64,000 bases of DNA from Perkinsus chesapeaki ATCC PRA-425. Taxonomy: Eukaryota; Protista; Perkinsozoa. Positions 46,809 through 61,001 of this stretch are shown here, one piece after another. The notes under the pieces are model-generated. The model worked only from the letters and a program-made list of their open reading frames with translations, was not told where the DNA came from and searched no databases. Both the position numbers and the translations under genes were made by a program. Within the stretch, counting starts at the first letter, position 1. Every line of letters starts with the position of its first letter. The stretch lies in NCBI GenBank assembly GCA_013115145.1, contig JAAPAO010000028.1, forward strand, positions 1 through 64,000, in the 5' to 3' direction.

Positions 46809-49800
46809 ATGGCAGTCGCTGCGGCTTCTGTCCCTATGGATGGGGTAGAAAGGCCGTCTAGAGATGAAGAAGAAGGTATGGAATATCTTATAAAGGAAAC
46901 TATACCGTCTGCCGAGAATGGTGGTGAGAGCTATGCTATCAAAGGGGTCGATTTTGGTATCATGTCTGGTGAGGAGATTGCCAAGTACGGTGAAGTTGAG
47001 GTGCTTAACCAAGGCTACTTCGACCCTATGACTCACAAGCAGCTGGCGCTGGGCTGTCATGATCCACATCTTGGGGCTATGAACAGGATGAGCGATTGTC
47101 AAACCTGTGGGAAGAACTTTAGGGAGTGTCCAGGACATTTTGGATCGATTAAATTGGTATTACCAGTGTTCCATGTGGGATACTTTCGACATGTACAATT
47201 ACTGTTATCGGCGATATGCAAGCGCTGTGGGAGGGTGTTGCTGCCTCCGGAGAAAAGATCGGTATGGCTGAATAGGACGAGAAAAGCTACTAGAGATGTA
47301 CAGCAGCAGAAGGCAGTATTTAGGAAGCTTGTTGATACATGTAAAAAGGTACGGCAATGTCCCTTTTGTGACGCTTATAATGGGGCGGTTAAGAAGGGAA
47401 CTAGAGGGTACATGACGTTGGTTCACGAGCTACCTAAGGATCAGGCTAAGGTAGAGTATCAGCAGCAGTACAGTGATGCGGTTACTAATAACCCAGAAAT
47501 TGGCAACCATCTGAGTAAGGTCGCCTATGAGGACCTCACACCCCTCCACTTATTGCCGTTGTTGGCCAAGATGCCACCTTCCGACCAGGAGCTGCTCAAG
47601 CTCCCAGCCCAGCCTGAGAGATTGGTGGTGACACACGTTCCCGTGTCACCAGTATGCATCAGACCTAGTGTCCAAATTGGTGATGCAGGCACCCAAGAGG
47701 ATGACCTTTCCGTGCAGACCAGCGACATTGTGGCTACTAACAATAATATTAGGGCGACACTAAGTCGAGGGGGGACGCTGAAGCAGGTCGCAGAGCAATG
47801 GCAGTGGCTGTCAGCTCAAGTGGCATTGATGATGAACTCCGAGGCGACTGGTCTGGCAGCGGCAGCCCCTACTACCAAACCTATAAGGAGTATATGCTCG
47901 AGGCTTAAAGGAAAGGAGGGAAGATTTAGGGGCAATCTATCTGGGAAGCGTGTGAACTTCTCGGGGAGAACTGTTATCAGTCCTGATCCCAATCTAGAGG
48001 TTACGGAGGTTATCATTCCGCAATATTCAGCGATGAAGCTGACGTTCCCAGAGGTGGTGTGTCGGACTAATATTGATATGCTTAGGGATCGGGTTATAAG
48101 GGGAACTGAGGGGCATCCTGGAGCCCATATTATCAGGCTTAAGAGCGGTGGGGTGAAGAACTTGGCTTTTATTAAGAAACAGATCCGGGAGGAACTAGCG
48201 GCTGATTTGCAGTATGGCGATGTCGTGGAGAGACATCTTCAAGACGGAGATGTGGTGCTGTTTAATAGGCAGCCCAGTTTACATAAAATGAGTATTATGG
48301 CTCATCGAGCTAAAGTGATGCCATGGCGGACATTCCGCTTTAATGAGTGTGTCTGCTCGCCTTATAATGCTGATTTTGATGGTGATGAGATGAATATCCA
48401 TTTACCCCAGACACAGGAGGCAAGGGCGGAGGCATTGGCATTGATGGGTGTACAGAATAACTTGATTACCTCCAAGAACGGTGAACCTATTGTGGCTGCT
48501 ACGCAGGATTTCCTAACGTCGGCTTGGTTACTAACTCAGAGGGATACGTTCCTTACGAAGGATAAGATTGCCAATATTGCCATGTAATGTGGTTAGGGTG
48601 GTGATGATGGTATTATCTTTGTTAGGTATTTCGGTAAGGCTGCTGAGACCATAGAGCTCCCGCCACCTACAGTAGGTGGAGTAGGGGGACGCATGACGCA
48701 TTTTACGGTTTTTCTATCAGATTATGAAGCCAGTACAGCTATGGACGGGCAAGCAATTGATATCGTTGATGTTGCGGCCTTCACCCAAGAGCAATGTACT
48801 AACTGGGGGGTGAACGTATAGAGCAGGTGTAGAAATGAAAAAAATGAAAAATTCGAAATGGCCGCTATCGGAGCCGCATCAGATTAGTGACTCGGCTAAA
48901 TTGAGTTATTGTTTATCGGTTATAGATCGGGCCAATGCTCTGTGAAAGAAGGAGTCTCATTTTCGCCGTAGTGTCATAGATGGTAGAGGGACTCGGAGGG
49001 CTTCATTATCGCTGCCAGTTATATTCACGCGCCACGAAATGCTCTACTCACTCACCGTACTTGTTGAATCCCGTCGAGGTGTCATATCGTCGGTGGTGTT
49101 AAATAGGTATTGGTGAACCTCGAGATGGCCGAGAAGAACTTCAGTCACGGTGATCCTTACTTTTGCCGAAATGATGGCTACGTCATCTTCTACAACTCGG
49201 AGCTAATCGCTGGCAACCTCGGCAAGAAGATTCTCGGGGGCTCGAAGCCTGGCCTTACCTTCGTGCTCATCAGAGATAACTCTCCCGCGGTGGCAGCTGC
49301 ATGCTTGGGAAGGCTCTCGAAGCTATCTGCAAGATGGCTTGGGACACGGGGCATGTCATTTGGTATTGATGATGTTACAGCCAGTCCGGACATAGAGGCA
49401 TTTAAGAAGGAGCAAGTGGCGGAGAAGTACGCGTATGTTGATGAGAAAATAGAGGAGTATAAACAAGGCAAATTGCCGTTGAAACCAGGCTGCGATGCGG
49501 AGCAGACGTTGGAGGCTGTTATCAATGGGGAGCTGGGAAAGATTAGGAATGTTGTCGGTGATAGGCTGGAGAAGGTCTTGCCGAGGTTCAACAAGCCGAG
49601 GATTATGGCACAGTGTGGATCGAAGGGAAGCCCTATAAACTTGTCCCAGATGATTGTGTGCTTGGGACAGCAGAACGTCGGAGGTCAACGTATCCAAAAC
49701 GGGTTTGTTAACAGGACTTTGCCGCACTTCAAAAAGTTCTCGAAGACACCACAGTCGAGAGGATTTGTGGAGGACAGTTTCTTTTCCGGCTTGAATCCAT

Positions 49801-51817
49801 TCGAGTACTTCTTCCACACTATGGGGGGCCGGGAGGGGCTGGTCGATACGGCGGTGAAGACAGCTGAGACGGGCTACATGCAGAGGAAGCTTATAAAGGC
49901 TTTGGAGGATCTTGGCTTGAAGTATGACATGACGGTGAGGACAAGCGATGGTACGGTGGTGCAGTTTGTGTTCGGTGATGATGGCCTTAATCCGGCTATG
50001 ATGGAAGGCAAGAGCAAGCCTTTGAATTTCGAACATACTATGAATCATGTGCAGCATGTCGTTGAGAAACAACACAGCCATGAAGTTGCATTGCTGCCGA
50101 GTGAATACAGGTCCTTGACAGACCAACTTATACAGCAAGTCGATCAGGAGGTTAAGTCTATATGTCCTCTAACATCACTGGACACTAGTAGGTTCACTGG
50201 AGACCTTACTGAGTTCATTGGTGGTATGGCCGCCGATATGGAGAAGGAACGGCTTAGGGTGGGTCTGGCCGTCGATGAAAGGTCGGCTGGTGACCCTAGA
50301 GAGGAGACTCTCTGCGACCTCAGTTGTGCATTGACCGAATCCCAGCTTCGTTCCTTCATGACAACATGTGCTAGGAAGTACCGTAGGGCTTTGATGGAGC
50401 CGGGAGAGGCGGTGGGAGCCACTAGCGCACAGAGCATTGGTGAACCAGCAACGCAGATGACACTGAAGACTTTCCATTTCGCCGGTGTGGCTAGTATGAA
50501 CGTTACGTTGGGTGTGCCTAGAATTAAGGAGATTATCAATGCAGCCAAGACTATATCTACTCCTATTATATCTTGTAGAAAGGAGAAATCTTCCGGGTGC
50601 GCAAGATCTTAGGCGTATCTTTAGGTAAACTTGAGCAAGACCGTGTTGAAGCAGCAGCCTTTATGGTTAAGAGTAAGATACAAAGAACACTTCTTGGCGA
50701 TATATGCGAGTACATTAAGCAGGTGCTTAGGGCGTGGGCATGCGTGCAGATTTCATACCGTATTTCCCTCAGGTTTACGAGCCATCAGGGGTATACTTGA
50801 TCGTTAAGCTATGTGGTGAGACACTTCGGCGAATGCAATTGGACTTGACCATGGATGAGCTCAAGGAAGCTTTGTGTGCTAAGGGGGCCTTAGCGGGCGG
50901 GATGAAGATAAGGCCGGAGTGCATCGAATCGCGGGGCAAGCTCAAACTGGCTATTAGACCGGCGGGAGCAGTTGACAGTCGAGGGCGCACATTGCCTCCA
51001 AATCCGGAGACTTTATGGTTCGAGGTGCAAGCTTTGAGGAATGCTCTACCACAAGTTCCAGTGAAGGGGTTGAAGCAGTGTAAGAGAGTTGTTGTTAATA
51101 AGGAAGAGGCTAAGGACGGCTCGAAGGATACTATATACTCGTTACTGGTGGAAGGGTATGGTCTGCAGGATGTGATGGGAATTGAGGGAGTTGTGGCGGA
51201 GAAGACCGTTAGTAATCATGTTTTGGAGGTGCAGAGTGTACTGGGTATAGAGGCGGCACGGAAATCTATCATGTCTGAAATTGATGTTATTATGAAGCAC
51301 TTTGGTATGTCGGTGGATTATAGGCATATACAAATGCTGGGAGATTGTATGACGTGAGTATCTTAGCTTCAAGCTTGCAAGATGCGCAGGAAGTTAAATA
51401 TTTTTGTCAGATACCGTGGTGAGACATTGGGTATTAATAGATTTGGTATCTCGAAGATGAGTAACTCAACTATGATGCTTGCATCTTTCGAGAAGACCTC
51501 GGACTTCCTCTTCGATGCTGCAGTGTAATTTTTCCTCATCGTACCTCTGAGCACGTCTGTCCTTTTTCAGGTTCAATCGCCCTGACCCTGTTGTTGGTGT
51601 CTCTGAGTCGATCATTATGGGTAATCCAGTTCACTTGGGAACGGGCCTGTTCAAGCTGATGTATGATGTCCCACAAGAGGAGATGAATGAAGGTATGACA
51701 AGAAGGCAGTCATTACTGGCACCACCGCAGTCGGACAGCACCAACACTAGCAGCAGCAGCACCAGCAAAGAGCATCATCATCATACCGCTGGGCACAAAC
51801 GTAAAAGAACTACATAG
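46809..51817 (+). CDS. RPC1: DNA-directed RNA polymerase III largest subunit (multi-exon)
   Basis: CPGHFG; [23 protein letters not shown]; [11 protein letters not shown]; [27 protein letters not shown]; [38 protein letters not shown]; GINRFG; ASFEKT; GVSESIIMG. There is no CTD heptad, and the [15 protein letters not shown] variant is RPC1-type. Confidence 0.95.
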
Positions 51818-52075
51818 GAAAAGAGGGGCAGTAGTAGTATCATTAATAAACTTGAATAATTTAACCCTCAATCGCCCTAGGCCGGCTCGATGCCGCAGCT
51901 CGAGTCGCAGCCTATACGTTATACTGTTGAACCCCTTTACCGTGCTTGTTTCCTCCACTACCATTACAGCGCATGTTTCGTTGCTAGTGGATTCCAATGG
52001 CAGCAAGGTCGTGGGTTCAATTCCTGGTTTGGATATATCTCTCAGTAGGTTTGCTTTTGTCGCTTTCTGTAGGGA

Positions 52076-54877
52076 ATGAGGCATAGGCGCAACCCTCGTG
52101 TCTTTCTAGAGGTTAAGATCGGTGCAGCAGCGGGTGGACGGATAGAGTTTGAGCTCTTTGCGGACACATGCCCGGAGACTGCAGAGAACTTCAGAGGGCT
52201 TTGTAATAGTTGGGAAATGGGAGCAGATATATAATATATCAAATAATAATAAAACATATAAAATAAATACTTAGTTATTGATTATGTAATTTTTTTGGTG
52301 TAAAATGAGCAATGTAGGGGGATGGAAGGGATGTGAATTATCAGTACACAGTGTGCATGGGGGGCTTTGGAAAATAAGGTACGATGAGAGGGCAACATAA
52401 CAGAAACGAATATTTTATATAGTATGGATGCGGTCAGGAGGAACTATATCGCTTTCGGCAGCAGGGACTTTCCAATATACTATTCGGATGACGGGCGGGC
52501 GTATCTTGGTTGAAGCGTGCACTGATAAAGATTTCAGTTTGGTGATTGGGGTGTGTTACAGGTACCGGGGAATATGGCCCGAAGTTGACCTATACTAACT
52601 CCAAGATATTCAAGTCAGTGAAGGGCGAAGGCCTTCAAGGAGGAGATATCATTAATAACGATGGCACCAGTGGGATGTCGGTCTACGGCAAACCCTTCAG
52701 GGATGAGAAGTAGGCACTGTTATTGTTGTAAGATGATGCTGGTCATCTTTGGTGCTCAGTTCTATTAACAAGCATAGTGGTGCGGGAATACTCACTACGA
52801 CCTACCAGGATGAGACAAGGCATAATAATACATCTCAGTTCATGGTGACATATGCAAGGTCTCGAGCTTTGGACTTCCGGCATGTCCCGTTTGGAAGGGT
52901 GTCAAAGGGGATGGAGGTCATTAGAGCGATCGAGAAGGTCCCTACAGACGACCATGACCGGCCAAGAGTTGATATAGTTGTGGTGAAGTGTGGTATGGTG
53001 GGGAAGAAGGAAGTGGATGAGGCTTTACAGGAGAGGAGGAGTCAAAGGGAGGAAGGAAGGTTTAAGAGTAGAAAGCAGCTAAGGGCTGAGGGAGTGGCTA
53101 CAGCGGCGTCGATGGGTAGTAATGTTACGTGGAGAAGGAGGGCGTGGTTATAGTCATTGAAATTCATTGGTCGGTGAAGTTGCGTAATCGGAGAGCTGGA
53201 GAGCCGTCCCAGATTACACAACTTGCAATAGCAACTAAACAAGAGTCCCTAACCGGTAGTTTAGGAGCTAGGCTTAAAATTATGAGGGTTGTATATATCG
53301 GGGGGTCGTTCGGTGGGATATTGTTATTTTATAAGGTGGTTCGCTGTTACCAAATGCTTAGGCTTGTTGTATGGAATGGTATTCTTTGGTGGTTATTGAA
53401 TGTTGTTCGGTATAGGTAAGAAGCTATTGGACAGTGCTGCAGCAGCAGCAGAAGGAGGAGGAGGGGAAGAGGAGGATATACCGATAGACCTGGAGGAGGA
53501 GGGTGAAGGAGCAGCTAGCAGCAGCAGTGAATCTGAAGTTGAAGAAGTACCCCCAATGCCTCCTGTTAGGGTAGTAATACCATCGCTCCGTAGTGGAGTA
53601 TCGTTATTGATCGCTGGTGCCTCTTCAGCCAGCAGCTGGGTTTAAGAATAAAAGGGAGGCTAGGATGTTTGAATTGAGGCTAAAAATGAATCAGGTAGGG
53701 CTGGAGGGGGGCAGCTCCGAGGTAGGAAGTATCTTTAAAATCTTCAGCGTGCGCAACATTATCGTCGCATGTCGCAACTCGCCCTATTACTAGAAAAATG
53801 CTCGCTCAATGAAGCATCACGAGTTCGTACCTGTTTGGGGGCTAGTTCTTTGGAGTCTCACGGCAATAAGGCACATTTCCAGTTAGTCTTATAAAGAGCG
53901 GAGACGTTCGGGAAAGGTTCCTATGATTAAAGGAGTATTTCCCCTGTTGTTTTGTGAGAAAATCGACCGAGTATCGTCAAGCGCTTTCCCTATTGAATGC
54001 ATGAGTATCGCTTATTTGCTTTTCTGACACCTCTAGCTGTCGCTTTTATGGTTGTGGTGGTCAGGCCCGTGTAGCGAATGAAGAGGAAGTCCTTAGGGAG
54101 GAGAAGGACGCTAAACAAGGAGGCAATAGGAAGCAGGACGAAGGAGGCGAGGGAAGTGGCGTGAAACGGCAGAGTAGGGGGAGATGGGTTGTTGAGGGTG
54201 TGTAGATGTGTTGGTAGGGTATAAGAAGGGGGAGGACTGGGATCACACACGATGGTATCTGAATGAGCAAGCATCGATGGCCGAGGCAAGGGATGAGAAG
54301 AAAGCTCGAAAAGGGAAAAATCATACATTTGGTTGGGAAGTCTTCAATGAAGTAAAGCTGAGCTCTGGTGTATCTTGCATGCTCAACCTTAGGATTCCCT
54401 TTATCGAGCGCACGATAAAAAACTCGCTGATGTACAGTTCAATGAAGTGAAGTAGCGCGGAAAATCACACCGTACTACTAACTGACAACCCTATCAGATA
54501 CGATAAACAAAAGGAAGCGATGGGCCAGGCCTTTTATGATGATGAGAATGTCATCAGTGCGAAGCCTTCCGAGGAGGGGAAGGAGAGATTGGCAAAGGCC
54601 ATGAAGAAGGCAGAGGAGAAGAAGTCGTCATTCTCAAGGTGAGCTGTTGGAGTTGCTGTTACTGAAAAGGGAGTGGCTTGGTGCTTAGACGTCGGCTGGT
54701 TAATCCCGATGAAGATGTTGATTATATTAATGCTCGTAACCAGCACTTCAATAAGAAGATTGAAAGGGAGTTTGGCAAGTAAGATACGAGGGCGGCGCAG
54801 GTTCGATCCCGGCATATGTCATTATAAGGTACACTAAGGAGATCAAGGCGAATCTTGAAAGAGGAACGGCTTTGTAA
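52076..54877 (+). CDS. Cyclophilin-like domain / SYF2 splicing-factor fusion protein
   Basis: [12 protein letters not shown]...[19 protein letters not shown]; [13 protein letters not shown]; SQFMVT; HVPFGRV; acidic linker; SYF2 block FGWEVFN...[49 protein letters not shown]. Confidence 0.88.
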
Positions 54878-54985
54878 AGTACGTCTGTTATCGCTGTTAC
54901 GTAGCATTGCTTCCAATCTAGTGTTTCGTTTGAATTGTGGCCTGATTTATCTCGGAGATCTCTTTTGATCAGTTTTTCCCTAAAT

Positions 54986-57900
54986 ATGGATGAGACGTAC
55001 CATCGAACCCCACTAGGGTTGCTTCGGCTCTGGACGGAGGTGCCCTCCAGTATGCCTCAGGCCCCAGAGGGGATGCTTAAACTGCTGCTCAGCTGGATGG
55101 ACCTACCGGACCCTACTCATCGTATTGCGTCTATGGCATTTGCATTGTTAATGAGGATTAAGAAGGAGTTCCCCAATACACTTACATTTGATTGTTACCT
55201 ATTGGCCGACTACCTGAGCATGGTCCCTAAAGCCAACCCTCAAACCCAAGCTTGCTTGTTCTTACTGAGACCGGAGACTCTACCTGTTACCGTACAGGCG
55301 CTACTCCTGGCATCAGAAGCCCAGCAACCAGCTGAAGATATGATGGCTTTGTGGGTGAAATTGATATCAGTACCAGCTATGCCCCCTCCTAAGTATGTCG
55401 TTAGTGGTGCGGTTAATATGGAACGATGGGGAACAGCATATCCGATGTAAGCCATAGGGGTATTATTTTTAATACCATATTTCCGCTACATCGTGGCCCT
55501 TATCGGCGCGAACTGCGTTTATATAGAAGGAAACAAGCTGCTTCTTATTATACTCGAGAAGAGTCGCTGAAGACGGGCTGCTGCTGCTGCTCTTATTTCG
55601 CTCTGTGCGAAATGTTTCTTATATAATAAGGATGTTAGTATTATTCCGCACCTCGATCATCTGCATTTTATGTTGGAGTCCTTATCATCATCTTTAATTT
55701 TAGATACTCCTTGGTCACCACTTACTTCCGTAGTGTTATTCGTCAATGTTATGCTGATAAGGCATCATCATCCATGAGTGATGGTGGTGCCGATTGGCGG
55801 GCGGTATGTGAATCTATGCTCCGTACATTATCAGCCAAGCTACATGATTCCACCACAGCAGTAGATGGTCTCAGACAACTCCTTATGATCCTCAAGCCTG
55901 CTGGGCCATTCAAGAATGGCGCCGGTCACGGCCAGGGGTCTATACTTTTGCACGGAGCCGTGGCCCAGATATTCGACGCGAGTCTATTGCCCTACTACGA
56001 GCGAATTCGCACCTTGTGGGAGTCTGGTCAGGTGGAGAGCCCCTCACCGTACGCCCTAACATTGATAGGAGAACTTATCGATCTCATCCGTCCGTATGTG
56101 GGCGACATGACTCCTTCATACACCAACGGCCAGATCACAACAGCAGCTATGCTCGGCCTGCCGCCGGTTGCTGCTAAGATCACTTCGGGACCTGCTGGGA
56201 TGAACAGTGCAGCTGCTGTAGCTGCGGTTCCTCCTCCTCCGATGCCTTCTGGTCCCCTGCCGACAACTAATTGGTTGCTGCCTGTGGTGGGGGACTTTGC
56301 TGCGGGGCCCCCAATTCAACAGCAGCAGCAAATAGTGCCGCAGGAACCACAAAAACAGGAGTTGGTGTATGTTACAGGAAGTAACGGTGAAACGGTTAAG
56401 TTCAGGAAGCATACAGTTGGCATACAGAACTACAATAATACGTAAGCTACTAGTACGTATGGCATCATGAATGCCGTCTGAAGATTCTATTTACTTTGGC
56501 GGTCCTCACGCTTTCATTTTATAACACATTAACCGGACAAATAGCGCAGTTTAACCTTTCTGGGAGACTTCTCTATCCGAAAAGATCAACCGCTCTGAAG
56601 TTGAGTGGCGCCCTACCTAGGGAGGGCACATTCATCTAGTAGCTTTCGTTGGCAATAATCACGAGCTTTCGGTGATGGCTGGAAAAACCAATGATCTAAC
56701 CTTGTAGACATCCCGGTTTTTCGGAAGTTCTATACGATGGTTCATTCGTCGTGTCATTTTTGACACATTGGATTGCATCGATTGTGTCGTCATACTTTTC
56801 TCTTCGAGCGTCGTCTTTGGTCTTATGTGATTTAGTCGATAATTGTCATTGTTATTATTATTTCCCTTGCTCAGATGCTACCTCGGAGTGTTCCTCCAAA
56901 TGCTGTTCCTAACAGATGCATTCTGCTCCTCGGTATACGGTTTCCAACTACAAGAGACGGATGACCTCAAAGGAGATGATTACGATGAAGGAAAGAAGAT
57001 CTTGGATGGTCTCCGGCTCCTCTTTGCAAGGATGCTCCTGACACCATACGCCTATGTGGAGATATCCGACTTCATCAACATCCTCCCACCAAGCTTTAGA
57101 ACAGGCCAAGAGCAGGATGCCACCGAGAGTGCTCGGTGGATCCTGGACAAATTGGGCGGGTAAGTGACGTTATCGTTGGTCGTATGCTCCATTGAATGGT
57201 CGGATACTCCCGTTACTCTTGCGCTCGCTCCGAGTCGGCATCGATGTCCCCACCGGAGCACCAGACGAAAATACCACCTTGTCGAGGTATGTGAAATGTA
57301 TTCGAATTATAGGAATGTGTAGGGGAGTCATGGCGGTCTATGAAATGTACTAAGGCATGTCGTTGGCCGCCGGGAGCTCGGAAAGGACTTCACATTGACA
57401 AATATGTGTTCAACTTCCTCCTCCTTTTTAGGACTCAGCAAAGGTTGGTAGGAGATATCTTCGGCCTCGAGTTGGTTCATAAGACCGAGTGCGAGACTTG
57501 CCATACAGTGTCAACGCGTTCTGAGAAATGTACAGATGTAGGGCTGAGCGTTCCGAGGGAGGCAGAGGCCCTGGTCATGGGGGGAACTCTGGACGTTAAC
57601 GCCCTCATTAATATGTGGTTAGAGCCTGAGATGATGAATGGTAACAATCAGTACAGTTGTGACAAATGTGGGTGCAAGAGAGATGCTAAGCGATGGGTCG
57701 AATTGAAGAGTCGGGCACCAACACATTTGATCCTCGTATTATACCGATTCTCCTTCGACATCGACAGCTGTGATTTCAAGAAGGAGAAAACTGTCGTCTA
57801 CCCCAACATGGACGACCTCAACTTCGGTGGTGCACAGTATGAATGTTATGGTTCAATTCTCCATAAAGGCGAGACCATCCAGAATGGGCATTACATCACA

Positions 57901-58149
57901 GTGGGGCGGAGGTCAGAGGCCACTCGGGGCAAGTGGCATGAATACAATGATTCGGAGGTAACCGCTATCAGTAAGGATGAAGTTAACCGCCTATTGAGTG
58001 GCCTGGAGAGGCCCAATACGAGTGCATATATGTTATTCTATCACATGAAGGGCCCCAATGTCCCAAGAGGACCGATGCCTGTGATGGACCCTAAGATAAC
58101 GGCCGAGGCTAGGGATATAGAGTCTAAGGCAGTTCACCTGAATGATTGA
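54986..58149 (+). CDS. Ubiquitin-specific protease (C19 family, USP35/38-like architecture)
   Basis: Cys box VGIQNYNNT|CYLGVFLQMLF; GQEQDATE; ECETC; YSCDKC; LILVLYRFSFD; His box GHYITVGR...WHEYNDSEV; SAYMLFY; N-terminal helical region. Confidence 0.9.
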
Positions 58150-58369
58150 TGATGATGATGATAGTGGCGCGCGCCCTGGTGATCGATTTGGTGATCGAGG
58201 TAGGTCGTCAGGGCAGCGTAACGAAGTTAGAAGCGAGTGTGGTTTTTGTATGATTATTTAAATTGAAAATACTGAGGTCACTAAGTTTCATTAATTGTTG
58301 GAAAATTGCGTTTACCAGGGATCGAACTCACGCCTGTCATCAGAGGCTGTTGCTGTTGTTGTTGTTGTG

Positions 58370-61001
58370 ATGGCCTCTGCCACTTCTACCTTTCATCACC
58401 AGACAGGTGCCCCACCAGGTACGGGGCCTGGGGGGAAGAGGGCTCCTCAGGTGAGGCTCCATTTCAAAGCACAGAAATTGGGGTTCTATCGGTATGTAGT
58501 ATCACAGCTATATGGAGATGGGCTCACTGACGAGGCAAAGTCCGTCGCCACCAGACTTAATCTAACGTTACCAGTGGAGCCAACAAACGAGGAGAATGAT
58601 GACGGTGGCAACGCCGCCGGTGGAGACGGCACAGAGCTTGGTGGGGGGGCTATAGAGAAGGATTTCCTGTATGATGTGTATGCGGACAGCATTAGAAGGC
58701 AGGAGAAGGGCTTCGAGGCTGGCACCTGGAAGCCTATCAAATGCCGACCATATCCACCTTTATCAGCTCACGAGGAGCATCTAGATCTTAGAGTCAGCTA
58801 CGATGAGCGATTACAAGGACAGTTGGAGGCGGAGGGAAGGGACCAACCGTTCAAGGAGAAGGAGCTGGATGAGATGGACTTGGATGATGACGATCTAGAT
58901 GACGCTCCTAGAGGGGAGACTTATGAGGAGGATATGATCACTGAGGAGGCTAAAAGGGTTACGAGACCAACGCCAGTGGTAAGTGATAGTTTTTGGTGGA
59001 TACTACCCTATATTCAACATAGGAGGAAGAGGATATAGCGTTGTTGAGGGGGGACATGGCGATACTACTAGCGCCTAGTTGATACGTTGGTGGAGAATGA
59101 AATTTATAGAAATTACTGTCGGGCATTTTATGGATGGCAAGTGGCTATATTGTAACTGAGGAGGGTCCATAGATATCCCAATACCTTTATAGCTCTTTAA
59201 AGCACTTTGAGGTCCTCCTCCTGCTGGTCCTCACCTTAAGAGCATTCTTAGAGAGTATTTACCTCATTTGGAGCCCAGTAGGAAAACCTGCCTGTTATAG
59301 GTTCGCTTGAGGTTCACCACCCAGCACAAGAAGGAGGTCCGCTGCGTTGCCTTCAGTCCAGATGGGCGACTGTGTGCATCTGGTTCAACTGATACCTCTA
59401 TTAAAGTGCTTGAGACTGCCAAGATGCGTATGCATGCGGTAGCCGGTGGAGATGCGGCATTGATGAGAGGAGGAGAGAGAGATGATGGCCTAAGGCCAGT
59501 CGTCAGGACCTACTACGACCACGTCGGAACTGTCACGAGTGTTTCATTTCATCCGAGGCAACCGATACTGTACTCGGGCAGCTACGACAAGTGAGCTTCT
59601 GCTGCTACTGCAGCTGGCCAGACGGTGCTGTTTTTATAAAGTGTTTCAGGACACTGAAGATATATGATTTGACCAAACCACACCAGAACAAGCGTGCTCA
59701 GCATAATGTTGTCGACGTAAGGAGGAGGAGCTGCTAGAAGGATGATGGCTCCTCTTTATTAACCTCATCATCAGATGTATCCTATTAATAAAGTGCAAGT
59801 CCATCCCTGTGGCGACTTTGTATATGTCGGCACGCTACACAGAGTCATCCGCCTGTACGACACGAGAACGCTGCAATGCTTTTCGGCCTATTATGGTGGA
59901 GCTTCTGGTATCGGCGGTGGAGGCGGCCAGCATCATAATGGCAGCGTAAGTATCTTAAATTCTCCGTAGTGCGAAAGATACGCGTATCTTTGCAGGTTCT
60001 CGACATCGCATGTGCGAGCGATGGTAGCGTGTTCGCCTCTGCCGGCAGTGATGGTAGGCAGCGATGATAATTCCGTCACGCGCCACGAAATGTCTTAGGT
60101 CACGTGCATATCTGGGATGGTGTATCCAATCGTCTAATCAACAAACTCCATGGTGCACCGGGAAGCGGTGGATCGCTGATGAAGCCTCACTCGGGCCACC
60201 CAGTGTTCACAGTTCAATGGAGTCGTAATTGCCGATACCTCCTTACTAGTGGAGGGGACCATAGAGCTCGACTGTGGGATATGAGGACTGGGAAGGAGCT
60301 GTTGGTCTATTCTGGAGCAACCACATCGACAGACTGTTCTTTTATGACCGCCACTTTTGCTGGGAATGAACAGTAGCATGGCCGTCACCGCGCCGGGAAA
60401 TTATTCTCTTTTGCAGATACATTGCAACGAGCTCTTCGAGGATCGGCGAATCTGATATGTGTCTGATAGACTCCCTAACAGGTGCTCATCATCATACCGC
60501 CTCCGCCACTGAGTTGTCCCGTTTGTGTTCACGTCTTGCGTCTTAGGGGAGGTTTTGGTTCCAGCAGTGGGAGGCCATTCCATCCCAGTCAGAGCTGTCG
60601 CCGCCTCTCCTGTTGATAAGACTATCATTACTGGTGAGTAACTGCTGCCGTTTCGCACTGTGAAGATTTGGTATCTTGTTGTTAGGTTGCGATGACAATA
60701 AAGTGAGGTTCTTTGATATTGTTAAAGGCACTAAGAATATGTACCGACGCATTTTGTACGCTTTCTGCCAGATGACATTGTGCTCAGATATGAGATGGAG
60801 GAGGAGGGCATCACAGGAATATCTCAGAGCCAAGCCGCTGCTGGCATGGAGATGGACGAGACTGGTGCAGCTGTGATGCCATCCGAGCAGGGAGCAACCA
60901 CTGCTGCTGCGGCGGCGGCGGCGAGGGGTAAGGGAACAAGGGCAATGCTGGGAGTGGTAAGTTCTTCATTGTTAGGGTTTGTTGAACACATCGGCACTTA
61001 G
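58370..61001 (+). CDS. CSTF1: Cleavage stimulation factor 50-kDa subunit (WD40)
   Basis: N-terminal FYRYVVSQLYGDG dimerisation motif; WD40 repeats HKKEVRCVAFSPDGRLCASGSTDTSIKVL; RPVVRTYYDHVGTVTSVSFHP; VHPCGDFVYVGTLHRVIRLYD; SRNCRYLLTSGGD. Confidence 0.9.

Noticed and set aside
54790-54815. B-box-like GCAGGTTCGATCCCGGC in a SYF2 intron
   Set aside because: Isolated T-arm motif in a 50-nt intron with no A box or anticodon arm
59966-59983. 18-bp even palindrome aaagatacgcgtatcttt in a CSTF1 intron
   Set aside because: It has no central unpaired base and no duplicated 8-mer, so it does not fit the footprint pattern; single occurrence
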